NCBI GenBank assembly: GCA_963693365.1
Contig: CAVNZM010000008.1
Coordinates: 10,565,172 to 10,629,171 of the forward strand
Source: Amoebidium appalachense
Taxonomy: Eukaryota > Protista > Ichthyosporea
Direction: 5' to 3'
DNA length: 64,000 nt
In this document: piece after piece, positions 21,653-47,063 of the stretch
Numbering within the stretch: position 1 is the stretch's first letter
Layout of the letters: every line of letters begins with the position of its first letter
The notes under the pieces: generated by a model
The model's input: the letters and a program-made list of their open reading frames with translations, nothing else
Databases searched by the model: none
Told to the model about the DNA's origin: nothing
Made by a program: the position numbers and the translations under genes

Positions 21653-22015
21653 TCAAAGAGATGGCACACAGGTTGGGGAGAGAAAGGGGGAGGGGTAAGT
21701 GTGTTACGAGGAACAAAGTACAAATCCACAATGACAATACCACACATGAAAAGATACTCCGGGAGAGGGGACGAGGGAGGAGGGGAGGGAAGGGGGGGGG
21801 GAGAGAGAGAGAAAGTAAAGAAAACACATACCGGCTTAACTACCGCCAATGCCACTTTTTTCCTCTTCTTGTTTGGTTCTTGAGATAATTCGATCAATTT
21901 TTGGCCCTCCCATGACCCCAGATTGTACTTGTACACCACCTCAAAATCCATGGCAAACTCCCCCCATCCCCTCCGTGTCATCTCGTACGGCTCCTTTTTA
22001 CACACTGAAAACGAG

Positions 22016-22053
<38 letters not shown>

Positions 22054-22241
22054 GGGGGGGAGGGGGGGAGGGGGGGAGGGAGGCAGGGAGGGACCGAGGG
22101 AGGGAAAAGGTCAGTTGCTGTTCAATAGCAACCTCTTCTGTTAGGTTTGGCTCCGGGTACGTGCACAAACGCACACATGCCAATCGCACACAAATATGCA
22201 CGTTCGCGAGCGCGCGCACACACACACACGCACACACACGC

Positions 22242-22299
<58 letters not shown>

Positions 22300-22420
22300 C
22301 ACAATTATGACGGACAAAACACTGTTGATTGCAAAGCACACATTGAGAGTACACATCATAAGCAGACCCAGAGGGAGGGAAGAAGAGGGGAGAGAGGTGT
22401 GTGTATGTATGTAAATGTGT

Positions 22421-22484
<64 letters not shown>

Positions 22485-22769
22485 GAAGAAGGGGGAGGTA
22501 GGTGTGGTGGTGTAGAATGCGCCATAAAGTACGAAGTACACAATCAGAATAACAACACAACACACAGTGCAAACCACATACAGAGCATGCATAATAAGCA
22601 GAACCCATCCTCAGGGGAGGCCCAGTTCATCCACAGTACCCACGGAAAGGGAGGCGGGGGAGGGGGGGGGGGGTTATGCGTTAAAGGGTTGGAAATATGG
22701 AGGAGACAACAAAAAGCAACAAAAAAAAACGTCACAAGAATGAGAAACCCAAGGGGGGAAGGGGTGGGG

Positions 22770-22818
<49 letters not shown>

Positions 22819-23247
22819 AAGGCAGGGGACGAGCAAGGGAGGGAGAAGAGGGGAAAAGCGAAGTGGAGTATATAACACACAAGGAGTAGAAAAACACACC
22901 AAGAATACTCTGCATTACATGAGCGCGAACAAAAGCATTGCATGCAGGAGGAAGGAAGAAAAAAGCAAGCCCCCCCCCCCCCCCCCAACACACACACCCA
23001 CCCTCCCCTCCGCCCTTCATTCTCATCTATCGACGGAACCGACAGGGGAAACATGGAAAACACGAAGACAACTCAAAAACAATGCATTAAGCTACGAAAC
23101 CAGGAACGGGAATGTGAACCTAATTAGGAGTGACATAAGGAGTATCACTGTGTCAGTATGTATCCTTACAGTAAATATGTGCTTGTGTGATTGAGTATGA
23201 GAAGAGTGGGGGCTGCAGGGTGGAGAGGGAGAAGGGGAGGGAGGGGG

Positions 23248-23318
<71 letters not shown>

Positions 23319-23355
23319 TGTGTGTGTGTCTATGGTGTGTGTGGGTGTGCGTGCC

Positions 23356-23415
<60 letters not shown>

Positions 23416-24476
23416 GGTGTGTGTGTGCGCGCGCACCTGTATGTGTGTGTGAATGTGTGTGTCTGCACGCACGTGTGTGTATGTGCATTGTGTGTATGCC
23501 CCTGTGTATTGCTGTAGTGGGTGTGTGTCTGTGTGTGTGTGTGTATGCGCGTGTGTGCACGTGTGCCTGTGTATCTGCAAAGTGAGTGTGTGTGTGTGTG
23601 TGTGTGCGCGTACGGTATGAGTGCGTTTTGTGTGTGAGAGCAAAGGATAGGATCTACATAGCAAGTTGGATAGCCGTGAGGGGGAAAAATTATAAGTGAG
23701 TTTGTGCCCATCCAGGGAGGGGGAGACGGGGGGGGGGGGGGGGGGGGGGGGGATGTATGCGTTAAAGGGTTGGAAATGAGGAGACAACAAAGAGCAACAA
23801 CAAAACATCACAAAAGTGGGAAACCCAAAATCAAGTAATTAAGCTTGCAGGCAGGAGACATTTGAACAAAGCCCATCATCAGGGAAGCTCCTATGCCTCC
23901 ACAAAAGCATGGGTTTCGACTCTTTAACCTCTCGCGTGTGGTTCCCAACCCATACTTTGGGGGGGGGGGGGGGGGGGGGGGGGAGGGCAGAAAGACTGCC
24001 TATGATGGGAAGGAGACAGAGCGGGAGGGAACGAGGAGTGACAGAGGTGGCGGACAGGGAGGGAGGAGGTATGCAGGAAGGAAAGTGAGACAGAGTTAGA
24101 AGGTGGGAGAGAAAGGAAGGGAGAGAAAGAGAGAGAGAAGGACAGAGGGAGGGAGAGAGGGAGAGTAAGAGAGAAAGAGGGAGAAGAGAGAGGGAAGGGG
24201 AAGCGAGATGGGGCATCCAAAGAGGGGGGGGGGGGGGGGGGCAAGAATGCGGAACACAAACCAAGTACACATACACGATGAGAATCACGGTGCAGGACAC
24301 ATGAAAAAGGCAAACATTGAGGTATGCAATATCAGCAACACGCGCAGCATGCAACATAAACAGAACCCATCCTCAAGGGCCGGGGGGGGAGTGGGGGGGG
24401 GGGGAGAGGGGGAGGAGGCGAGAGAGAGAATGGGGTAGGGGCAGAGGGGAGGTTGTGGGGGAGGCGGGAGAGAAAA

Positions 24477-24528
<52 letters not shown>

Positions 24529-25663
24529 CAGACAGAGACAGGAACGCACAGAGAGAAAGAGAGGCCGGGGGGGGGGGGGCGGAGAGGGGTAGAGAGAGAA
24601 AGAGAAAGAGCGAGCGAGAGTGAGAGAGAGGGGGGGGGGAGGGAGGGAGGGAGGAGAGAGAGAGAGAGAGGGGAGGGAGGGAGGGAGGGAGGGAAGGAGG
24701 GAGGGAGGGAGGGAGGGGAGAGGGGGAGAGGGAGAGGGAGACGGGCACAATCCAGCGCCATGGATAATGGATATACACCGTGAGTGTAGGGTTTGGAAGC
24801 AAACAAAGGGAACACCAGGATAAAGAGTGAGCGGGTGACATGGCGGTGCCAAAGACAAAACGTTCTATGGAAAGCTGGCGACCATGCTGAAGAAATTGAA
24901 AGAGGAGCGCGGCAAGGAAGGGGAAGAAAACAGTTTCCACATTGGCTTTCTGGGAATCAATAATTCTCGGGGAAAGAAGCAGGCACTGATCGCGAGAACG
25001 CCAAGACAGAAAGCGACAATCCAAAGCAAGAGGACGGAGGGCTGTGCAGAACGTTCACGGAGAACAAGGGCCTAGAAAAGCGGGCTAAAATCATCAAGAA
25101 GAGAGGTAGAAGGATGTGCGAAAGGGTGCCCAAAACACACACACTAGCATAGTCACAGACACACGTACACAAAGGATGCACACTGTCTCCAAGGTGCGAG
25201 ACAGAGAGATGGGGAGGGAGACGGCGGGGATATTGGCAGGGAGAACCGCGAGACCTAGATATATTGGGAAGACATGGAGATGCAGAGAAGGAAAAAAACA
25301 CAAACGGGAGAAAACAGGACACCCATGCCACACGTGTAGAGTGTTGGAATTCCTTTGCACGTGTAAACAATAGAGACGGGCGTGTAGAAGAAAAGGTGGG
25401 AAGAGGGGTCAAGGAGCAAACATAGAAAAGGAGTTCAGAAGAGGGGAATCTTATCTCTACTTACCACAGGTATGATCCTCCACGGTCGGGTGTGCCTTAA
25501 AGACCACCTGTTCAACCCACCACAGCTTCCTGTTCTCTTTCCCTGCCGCCCTAACAACGGCTGTCCATTCGTGTGTAAAATCTCCATCGCGCTTTTCTAG
25601 GCGTGTAGATTCAGAACCGTATTGAAAGGCAAGGCCTGTTATTTCCTTTTTGTCCCCACCCAT
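19706..25663 (-). CDS. YEATS-domain chromatin protein (Taf14/AF9/ENL-like) with DEK-C-like domain, K/E-rich linker and C-terminal ET/AHD-like domain, about 403 aa, 4 exons
   Basis: Exons 25663-25465, 22004-21832, 21044-20966, 20466-19706, phase-consistent (1212 nt). YEATS motifs [16 protein letters not shown] and [28 protein letters not shown]...[12 protein letters not shown] resembles [22 protein letters not shown]...[16 protein letters not shown] resembles an ET domain. Confidence 0.88.
22300..24378 (-). repeat. Cluster of repeat family A units in YEATS-gene intron 1 (22300-22370, 22513-22645, about 22855-22970, 24243-24378)
   Basis: Reverse-strand matches such as GCAGAACCCATCCTCAGGGG...TCATCCACAGTACCC (22598-22641) and CAGAACCCATCCTCAAGGG (24361-24379). 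Confidence 0.75.
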
Positions 25664-27168
25664 TTTCCCAGCTCACACTTGAACGATCTTGTCTACCAGC
25701 TATGTCTAGACCACTTGTAAGTTCGTGTGAATGCGAGGGGCAAAAAAAGGTGAAAAGAACGAAAGAATCAGTCACTATTGTGTGAGACTTGAAGCACAGA
25801 AATCAATAAGCTACATATTGAGCCGCAGTGTTGACGTGTCTTTTAGACAACCACTCACGATCGAGGAGTAATGGATCTTTGAAGAAGACAACTTTAGGTT
25901 ACCACGATCTTTGGTGAACATGCGACGTTTGCTATGATATAATCAGAGGCCAAGAACTATTAGGAGAGAAAAAACCTAAAGCCCATGCCAACGCTCGCAT
26001 TTGCCATGAACATCTGTCAGTCTCCCTAGGCCTCTCTGACTGAACGGTTGCCCGTTGCTCGCTGCGGCAGCTGTGTCGACGGTGACATAGGGATGATGGC
26101 TCAGCGCGAGTCTGGATTTTCGTCCATTGAGTTAGGAATTAGATACATTGTGGATATATTTTGGAAACTCTAAGAAGACCCGCTATTTAGGAGGCCTTGG
26201 CTAATAGCCCCCCACATGAAAATAATGAGATAGTTTTGGAATTATGCTCACGCGAGCCGGGCCCGTGATAGATGAACAAATGTTTAGTAGTCTTTATTCC
26301 AAACGTCACACATTGGGGCAACACATGTGGCCTCTTTTCGTTGAAGATGTAAGGCGTTCAAACTGCAGTCGTATGGAATTCAGCATGTAGACAGTAGCCA
26401 CATCAAATAAATACATATATATATATATATATATATAACTATAGAAGAAATCTGCACTAAATAACACAATGCAAAAGAAATCCATTTATTTTAATTTGCA
26501 AGCTGTTACTCTCAGGGAACCGACACCAGCAATGGCCCAGCGCGCATCAGTTCAAACTCCAAACTTAGGGTGTCTATTTTAGACTATCCGCGTCTGACAT
26601 GGATACACATCTTGACATGTACACTGCGATTAGAATTGCATACTTTCCTTATTTCTATCTACTATCCTTTTTGTTTTTATCAACTTATTAAAAACAACAC
26701 TATCAGCGTTATTATTCCTTGCAACTCTCTCCCCACCACCGTCTATATTTGTTTTTTGCCGACGTCGTCTATTCTAGGGCCATACATGCTTGAGATTCAC
26801 ACGGCTTTTCTCGTTAGGCTGGACTAGTATATTAGGAAAATAGCCAGACGTTCACACGTAGTTTAGAGTTTAGATTGATCGACATGCAGACTTGGCAACA
26901 CAACACTTACGAAGGCCAAAGCTAACAGACGAGTGAAGCGTGAAAGGGGAGCTCCTTAGCACCTACAAGCAGTTTCCTACGCCTACCAGCTGTCTCGAGT
27001 AGAATCGAAACGTTGGTAGCCTGGGGGTTCCTGTTCTGGGTACCATTAATTTAAGAGGAACTAGGGAGTAGGGTCTCTATGATTCGAAACAGTGAAACAT
27101 GGAAGGAGCCAGGTGTAAGAATCAACAAAGGACCACATAGATAGGTCGATTGCTTTACTCCGTGAGAA

Positions 27169-39888
<12,720 letters not shown>

Positions 39889-39924
39889 AATTTCACTTGC
39901 TTGGTTATGAACCCCCCCCCCCCC

Positions 39925-39979
<55 letters not shown>

Positions 39980-41252
39980 CACATGCATACACACAACACG
40001 CACACACATACATACCCATCCCCACTCCACCCTTCTCCTTGTCAAGTTGACCTACATAGTTTACGCAGGCGTGAACCGAAATTATCCCCCCCCCCCCCCC
40101 CCCCCCCCTCCGCTCTTAAGGATGTTGTTTGCTCGTTATGCATATACTTTGTGTGCTTTGCACAGTGATTCTGCGTTGTGTTTTCCTTCATGAATGTGTG
40201 CTTCGTACTCTACAACACCTTCTAAAACTAATAGTGTACGCGTCCGACATATGACTCCAGCAGAATACCTTATCCGGCAGTGAAGCGAACACGCAGGAAA
40301 CATGCACGTATGTCCATTCTCAATAATCGCCGCACAATTTTTATTTTAAATTATTCTGCAATACTGTTGTAATCCCACTCGCTGCCTCGTGAGCCCCAAA
40401 TTGATGCGCTCGGATTGGTTTTGTCTCCGAGATTTTTTGTTGTTTTTTTGTTGCTTCCCTCCCATCTACCTTTGTACTAAGCATACGTTCGTTTGTGTGA
40501 TGACTGAAAAACAGATGTGTTGAGAATTTGAGCCCGATATTCATATACGGGCAGGACACGAATCTGAAACGACATGCGTTGCTCTTATCTGTTATGTAGT
40601 TGGATATAAAAAATTGTAATAATAATAATGACGATATCGATGTGTTTGCGACGTGCACACCACACATGCCTTAATTTGTTTTATAGTTTTAATTTTTTTT
40701 ATTTTTTTTTTTAGAGTGTTTGGTTTTGGGTTCTGCCTTAGAATTCGTTGTTCTGTGATCCCTTATCTTACCGAGTGAAAGATGTTGTGCATATCATAGT
40801 AGCGATGATGATAGCATTAAATGATCTACCGTGTTGTAATTCAATACCCTGCCAGTGATAATGTGGGAAATTCTAACTTTAAAATTGTACGTCTAAAAAG
40901 TCCAGTTGTTTTTTCTTGGAACAATTCATGCTAATTTTCCTAATCTATTGCTGCAAATTCGCACAAAAGAACCAAAAATTAATAAAGCTGACACGGGAAT
41001 CATATTCCGATGGGTGTTCACGATTACGTTTGCATGTCCACACTTGAATTCACCGTTTGAGCTAAGAATAAGCATAATTTGCAATGAGTGATTGTGCACT
41101 AGTACTGGATGTCATGGTAACGTGTGCGGATGAAGGATGTCGACACATATCGTCGGTGGTAAGCGTGTTGCAGCGAACGCAGTATGAAGTCTTAGCAAGC
41201 ATGCACATCCCTCCCTCCCGAAGCCCCCCCCCCCCTCCCGGCCCCCCCCCCA

Positions 41253-41400
41253 TAGGTCGAAACTCGGGTACTGTGGATGACGTGGGCCCCCCCTGAGGTT
41301 AGGCTCTGCATATACTATGCATACTCTTTATGTGTGGTTTGCACTCTGCATTGTGTTGTCCGTTGTTTATGTGTGCTTTGCACTTTATGGCGCATTCAAA
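41253..41400 (+). repeat. Repeat family A, partial head plus unit
   Basis: TAGGTCGAAACTCGGGTACTGTGGATGACGTGGGCCCCCCTGAGG...GCATTCAAA. Confidence 0.85.
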
Positions 41401-41415
41401 CCTCCCCCCCCCCCC

Positions 41416-41446
<31 letters not shown>

Positions 41447-41575
41447 AAACACACCCGCCCACCCACCACACACCCGCCCACCCGCCACCCACCCACCCAC
41501 CCTTCTCCCCAAATATGTCCCCGCCAGTACTGCCACATTGCAACATGTGATATGCGTGCGGGAAATGTGGTGGGT

Positions 41576-41607
<32 letters not shown>

Positions 41608-41930
41608 GGGTGGGTGGGGGGGGGGGGGGGGGTCCACCAGCCACGGAATATGATTCCTGCGTCAGTTTTATTCGAAGGTCGGGGTTAACCGGTACCCTGA
41701 GTACTAGTGCATACGTGTTCCCGTTGCTCTACACCCATGTGCATGTATGGCCCAGGGAGCTCACGGTCATAAAGCTTGTAAACGGAATGGATTGATTATG
41801 TCTTTGTGCAGCCTCACGCCTGTTTGTGTGTGTGTGCACGTAGCGTCACTGGGTGGGAGTGATGTCTCTGTGTGTGTGTGCGTGCGGGTGTGTGTGTGTG
41901 TGTGTGTGTGTTCTCTTTTTCAACCGGCGG

Positions 41931-41969
<39 letters not shown>

Positions 41970-42852
41970 TGGGGACGGGACGTTCCAACAACATTTCATT
42001 TACCTCAGGCCAGCGCCATCAAAATTTATAAAAACCATAATTGAGGCATCACTCAGTCTGGCGCCAAGTTGCATAAATATTCGTATATACGATTAATTCA
42101 ATGACATGCGCATTCCAAGCCGTAGGCATCCAATCACATGCAGTACGCTGGATTGCCTTGTCCAATCAAATTGCACTCCCAGCAATCACTTGCAACGCTC
42201 TAATGACAACGCATTTGTTAACCCCAGTGTCTCGTAATTCAGTAACAGTTACAGTGACATTTTGCCGTGGCCGGGGTCACTGCAGCAGATTTACGGATAA
42301 CCCCCCGTCGTAGAGTGGTGAGTGGTCACGTGACCGTGTGATGCGGTGGCTGCCACATGACTTGTTGGGGTGATATGCCCATCACTGGGGATACCATGGG
42401 CGAGGAAGATGGATTCTGTGTGTGTGCATTTTTTTCTTTTTCTTGCTTCACCCAAGTGTGGATGTGTGTGCATGCATGTGTGTGAATGTGTGTGTGTGTG
42501 TGTGCGTGTGTGTGTGTGCGTGCGCGCGCACGCGTCTGTGTTTGTGCGCGTGTGTGTGTGGGGAGGGGAAGAGGGGAGGGGGGGGGGGGGGGGAAGATAA
42601 ATGTGATTGTACGTGTGGCACTGTTTGTGTGTATGTGCGTGTTCATGTGCACATGTTTCGTGTCTCGCAGTTCGAGTTTGTGGTTGGGTTAGAAGATGAA
42701 GGGGTTATCGGGGGGAGGGGGTCGGGGGGGGGGGGGGGGTATGCGACAGTGAATATCTGTGCGTGTGCACGTGCGTGCTAGTAGTCGTGGTGGTGGTAGT
42801 GACGGGTTTTTGGTTGATTGGTCGGGGGGAGTCGGGGGCAAAGGAGGAGGAG

Positions 42853-42888
<36 letters not shown>

Positions 42889-43129
42889 GGAAACGAAGTC
42901 TGACATTTACAGGTCATTTTGGGCGAGCCCAAACCTGCCCGGCTACAAACACGGAGCAGGCGGCTGTATTATATTGCAATTGTTATCGATAGTGTGCAAT
43001 TCGTTCATACTCAATTATCACATACATCAATGAGCATCTCAGCGGCTGAATCAACGACAAACCATTAGCAAAATCAAACATCTCATACTACGTATCATGC
43101 TATAGCGTATCCACACATCTTAAACCAAA

Positions 43130-45229
43130 CTATGAAGTATCCCCCTTCTTCTCCAGATCAACAGCGCTCAAATTTGGGGATCCCATATCAGCAAACCTAA
43201 CCCTGTTTGTTCCCTCTGAGCCACCAACCCCATCCACCTCCGAACTATTCGAAATATTTGCAATGTTGTCCTCTGGGCGTCTCCGCGCCAGGAACCCACC
43301 CTCACGAAGCCATTCCCTCCTATCCTCTATAGCTGTCTTTCTCGCCTCACGCATAAGCGTAGCTAGTTTTCTTTCTTCGTCGTCATTTTCAGGGCGCCGG
43401 AGCAACACCGTCTTACCGTTGATGGTTCTAAACCCTTCAATCAGGTGAGTCATGTCAGGACGATGCCTTCTTTGGCTCTCTTCCGTGAGGAATGATTGAT
43501 TGGTTTGGTGCATGATGGATGGGCGGCCGGGACCGGATTCATAGCTGGAGTCCTGCAACATGTTCGTGACGGTGAACTGCGAATCGGCGCGGATCTCATT
43601 AAGAAGAGCATCGTCGACCTGTTGTTGTGTGCACAGAGAAGAAATTTCAGAGTGATCGCGCTCGGGCAACCACCGCACCACCCAAAGATCGTCCGTCCCC
43701 TCTGTGCTCGTGCACGTGTTGAAGCTATCGTGGATGGCCTTCAACCGCGCAAACAAATCATCTGCCTCGGAAGATTCGGGCTGGATGATGAACGGGAGGG
43801 AGAGTGTATTGTCGAGGACATAGAACACACGCACGGCCTGCCTGCCCTTTGCGTGGTTAATACGCGCCTCAACCACGTGAAGGTTAAGTGTGTGCGCCGT
43901 GTCGAACAGCGCCGACATGAGAGACCATTCCGCCCGTCCCTTAAGCAGCAACTTGTAGTATACAGGGCTGTATGAACCCACCCCTTGCTCCGCCAGGTCC
44001 GCATTTGTCGTGTTGGCAGCAGCCGCTGCAAGAGCACCATGCAACTCCTTGCGCGTTTGACGTTCCTGAAGCTTTAGCGTAACATTGAGTGCAATGGGTG
44101 AAATGATGGCGGAAACTAGGATAGCCGCGGATATGGCAGTGAACTGAACATCGGACAAAACACCATCACGGTAGGTCTCGTTGGCAATGAGGAAGGCAAA
44201 CTCACCCCAGGCTGCCATGGCAAATCCGATGGTGAAAAACCCGTACGTGGTTCGTGGACGCGAGAAAACACCGGTGGCAATCTTGCCCAACAGCGGCACC
44301 AAAAATGCCGCCAAGTACTTCAACACCTCCAGATTGAAGAAGTCCTTAATGGGGATTTCGAAACCGATTGTCGCGCTGAAGAAAACATGGAGTAACAGCT
44401 GGCTCACACGTTTGATCTGTCGCACCCACTCCGCTTCAATTTCGTGGATAGTGCAAAAGCACAGGCCGGCAATGAAGCACCCCAAAAGGTAAGAAGCACG
44501 TGAGTAGTTGGCAGCAGCCATGAGGCCGATTGCCAGCACAAACATGCAGAAAAGGAGAACCTTTCCCCTGTTGTCTTCCTTCACCCGGGGCAAAAACTGG
44601 TGGACTATTTTGGGCATGACGAAGATGGCAATGGAGCCGAATCCAACCAAAAACACAAACGCGGCGACTACCGGAAGAGAAAAATTCAACCCAGAGGGGT
44701 CTTTGATGGCCCTCAACTCTGAGAGGAGAACCAAAGCAATAACATCGTCCACCACCGCCGCCGTGATGATGAGCTGACCCGTTGGGGTGGAAAGAACATT
44801 CGCTGATTTCAAAACGTTAATAGCTATTCCCATAGATGTGGGTGCAAAGGCGGCGCCTGCAGCAAACGCTGCACCGGTCGAAAGACCGAAAGCGTAAGAA
44901 ATCCCAAACCCGATTGCAAGGGGAGCCGCAGAACCAGCAAAACCTACCATCACACCCAAAACACCGACCTCCTTCAACATTTCAATGTCCACTTCTAGGC
45001 CTGCCTCAACAACTAGAAGAAGGAGACCCAGCTCACCAATAAGCATAACAGCCGGGTAAAATGGAACGACGTTTAATAGTTTCGGGCCCAAAATGGTACC
45101 TACAAGAATCTCACCGACAAGAGGAGGGACACCGATGGGAATGGCGGAAACCGCCCTCCCTCCGAGCCATACGGCAAGGAAATAAATGCAAGTGAGGAGT
45201 ACATCCTCAAAGCCAAAGGCACCAGCCAT
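43130..45229 (-). CDS. Cation/H+ antiporter, CPA2 (Na_H_Exchanger/Kef-like) family, with C-terminal ACT-like domain; intronless, 699 aa
   Basis: Single long non-repetitive ORF with about 12-13 hydrophobic segments. CPA2 motifs GEILVGTILGP, GELGLLLLVVEAGLE, APTS, IITAAVVDDVIALVLL and GEFAFLIA. Confidence 0.92.
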   Translation of the reverse strand: MAGAFGFEDVLLTCIYFLAVWLGGRAVSAIPIGVPPLVGEILVGTILGPKLLNVVPFYPAVMLIGELGLLLLVVEAGLEVDIEMLKEVGVLGVMVGFAGSAAPLAIGFGISYAFGLSTGAAFAAGAAFAPTSMGIAINVLKSANVLSTPTGQLIITAAVVDDVIALVLLSELRAIKDPSGLNFSLPVVAAFVFLVGFGSIAIFVMPKIVHQFLPRVKEDNRGKVLLFCMFVLAIGLMAAANYSRASYLLGCFIAGLCFCTIHEIEAEWVRQIKRVSQLLLHVFFSATIGFEIPIKDFFNLEVLKYLAAFLVPLLGKIATGVFSRPRTTYGFFTIGFAMAAWGEFAFLIANETYRDGVLSDVQFTAISAAILVSAIISPIALNVTLKLQERQTRKELHGALAAAAANTTNADLAEQGVGSYSPVYYKLLLKGRAEWSLMSALFDTAHTLNLHVVEARINHAKGRQAVRVFYVLDNTLSLPFIIQPESSEADDLFARLKAIHDSFNTCTSTEGTDDLWVVRWLPERDHSEISSLCTQQQVDDALLNEIRADSQFTVTNMLQDSSYESGPGRPSIMHQTNQSFLTEESQRRHRPDMTHLIEGFRTINGKTVLLRRPENDDEERKLATLMREARKTAIEDRREWLREGGFLARRRPEDNIANISNSSEVDGVGGSEGTNRVRFADMGSPNLSAVDLEKKGDTS

Positions 45230-45379
45230 AACAGGAAACGCTGTTTGTGCAAAAAAGTACTGAGGCTTAGGCTTTGTATGGGTGATCAGGTCCTAGAGAA
45301 ATAAGAAATACATGGGTGAGAATGTAGACAGGCTCTGTTTACACTGGCACCTAAGAAAACGCCTCTTTATATACTTTCT

Positions 45380-46340
45380 TCACTTACGGCCCGCCAATAA
45401 GATGGATTCAAGAAGTGGGTAAAATTTTAAATCACCGTGCACAGTAGAGTAGTGTGTGGTGCCATCAACATTGATGATGGCTCCGAATAATGCTAGATAG
45501 TTATGTCACACTTGTATGGTTAAGCCTATCATACAACTTTAGAAATCTACATAAAAACAACAACAGAAAAACAAAAGTAATATTGAAAAAGAATATGCTC
45601 AAATGATTTGACATGCATAGCTTCTCAGGTACTCAAATACAGCACTCAGGAAAAATGGAAAAAGGCACATGAAGTACCAGCCGGAAAAATCTCAAAACGG
45701 CATTTTCTATTGGTCGATAAAGAGCGCGGTAACAAGTTGGTTGGAACGTGCTACTTGAAGTTGAAGTTGCCAAGTGTACGTGGGTCACTTGTATTTGTCA
45801 CCCCAACAAACATAACCATAAAATTGCTCTAAGACTCAGAGGCAGCACGTATAAAAAATACATCAATTTAATCATACATATTGGGCAGATGATATATTTA
45901 GAATGCCGAATAGCACTATGGCATACAATGCCCTTTATGGGTACGAGTACGAATTCGAAGATTTGTGGGAGGCACGACAGAAATTTTGACATGTATATAC
46001 CATATCTTGCTAGAACACGCAAAAATATTGCTGCAAAATATAATAGTAAATAAAGTATTTTTTCTTTTTTAACAGTCTCTTTTATACGAACTGGGTGATA
46101 TGCGCAGTCATGCTCATTATCAAGAATGCTCGGGAAATCACCGTGGGGTCACTCTTTTGCCGCAGCCTGCAGTTAGCCAATCACGTTGCGGGTAGATTAA
46201 AAAAAAGCAGTTAGTCTAAACACGTTCTCTCTTACAAATTACTGCTATCAACAACTCTCCTTGAGCTCTACAATAGCTATTACGTAATATCGCGACATCC
46301 GTAAGACTATTTATCCTTGCGTACCTCTATGACGTCATCC
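45380..46340. promoter_or_regulatory. Divergent promoter region of the antiporter and LCCL genes
   Basis: Head-to-head genes. CCAAT boxes (GCCAAT near 45393, GCCAATCA near 46176) and a perfect CRE TGACGTCA near 46330. Confidence 0.45.
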
Positions 46341-46376
46341 TGGCAGCTACCGGATGGGCCGGGCCCTTCAAGGGCC

Positions 46377-46550
46377 CACAGTCAAGTCTGACACAGTGGG
46401 AAACTTTCATGACTTAGCAGCGGTGTTCTTTTTCGGTGGATGCATGAAACCAACCGGGCTTGAGCTGTGTGGTAACTAACTGTACATAACAACCAGGTTA
46501 AATGCTTGAGAGCTGCATGAAAGTTTTTTCAGTGTCAGAGCCTGATTTTG
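46377..46550. mobile_element. Candidate small MITE (about 170 bp) with imperfect 25-35-bp inverted ends
   Basis: TCTGACACAGTGGGAAACTTTCATG (46387-46411) versus the reverse complement of CATGAAAGTTTTTTCAGTGTCAGA (46516-46539). Confidence 0.45.
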
Positions 46551-47063
46551 CTTGTGAGCAGAAGTCCATCTTCTCAATCAGACCTTCCCCAACAGCACAC
46601 CAGCACCCCAAAAGTCTGATCGTGTTGTGCTTGGAGGTTACGTTTCAAAACGGTTGGTGCGCGCTTGTGACATCTTGAACCCAAAGGCAGCCTTCCGTTC
46701 TTTTTAGAACTTTTTACCGGACTGTAAGCGGCCACTTTTTCTTTTTTTTTTCCTAAACAAGCAGTGCCCGAGCACACCGAGGCAACAGGGATGACACAGA
46801 AATAGTTGGTTTCCCCCGACGAAGCCTCCAGTGTGTTGTAAGGTTTACCCTCAGTTTATCTGGGTCTACGCTGTCGTGATTTTTTCCCCGCGAGCAGCGC
46901 TCATACATAGCGGCAACAGTGAGCACCTACGGAACACGAAAACTCGGCGTATGTGTCAAGCAACACATACATCCCAAGATGTGTGTGCACTGAAGGTTCC
47001 CTTTTATGTAAAGTATGTTGATTACTCGCCATAATAGCAGGCTCTTCCTTTCCGATCTCCAAA

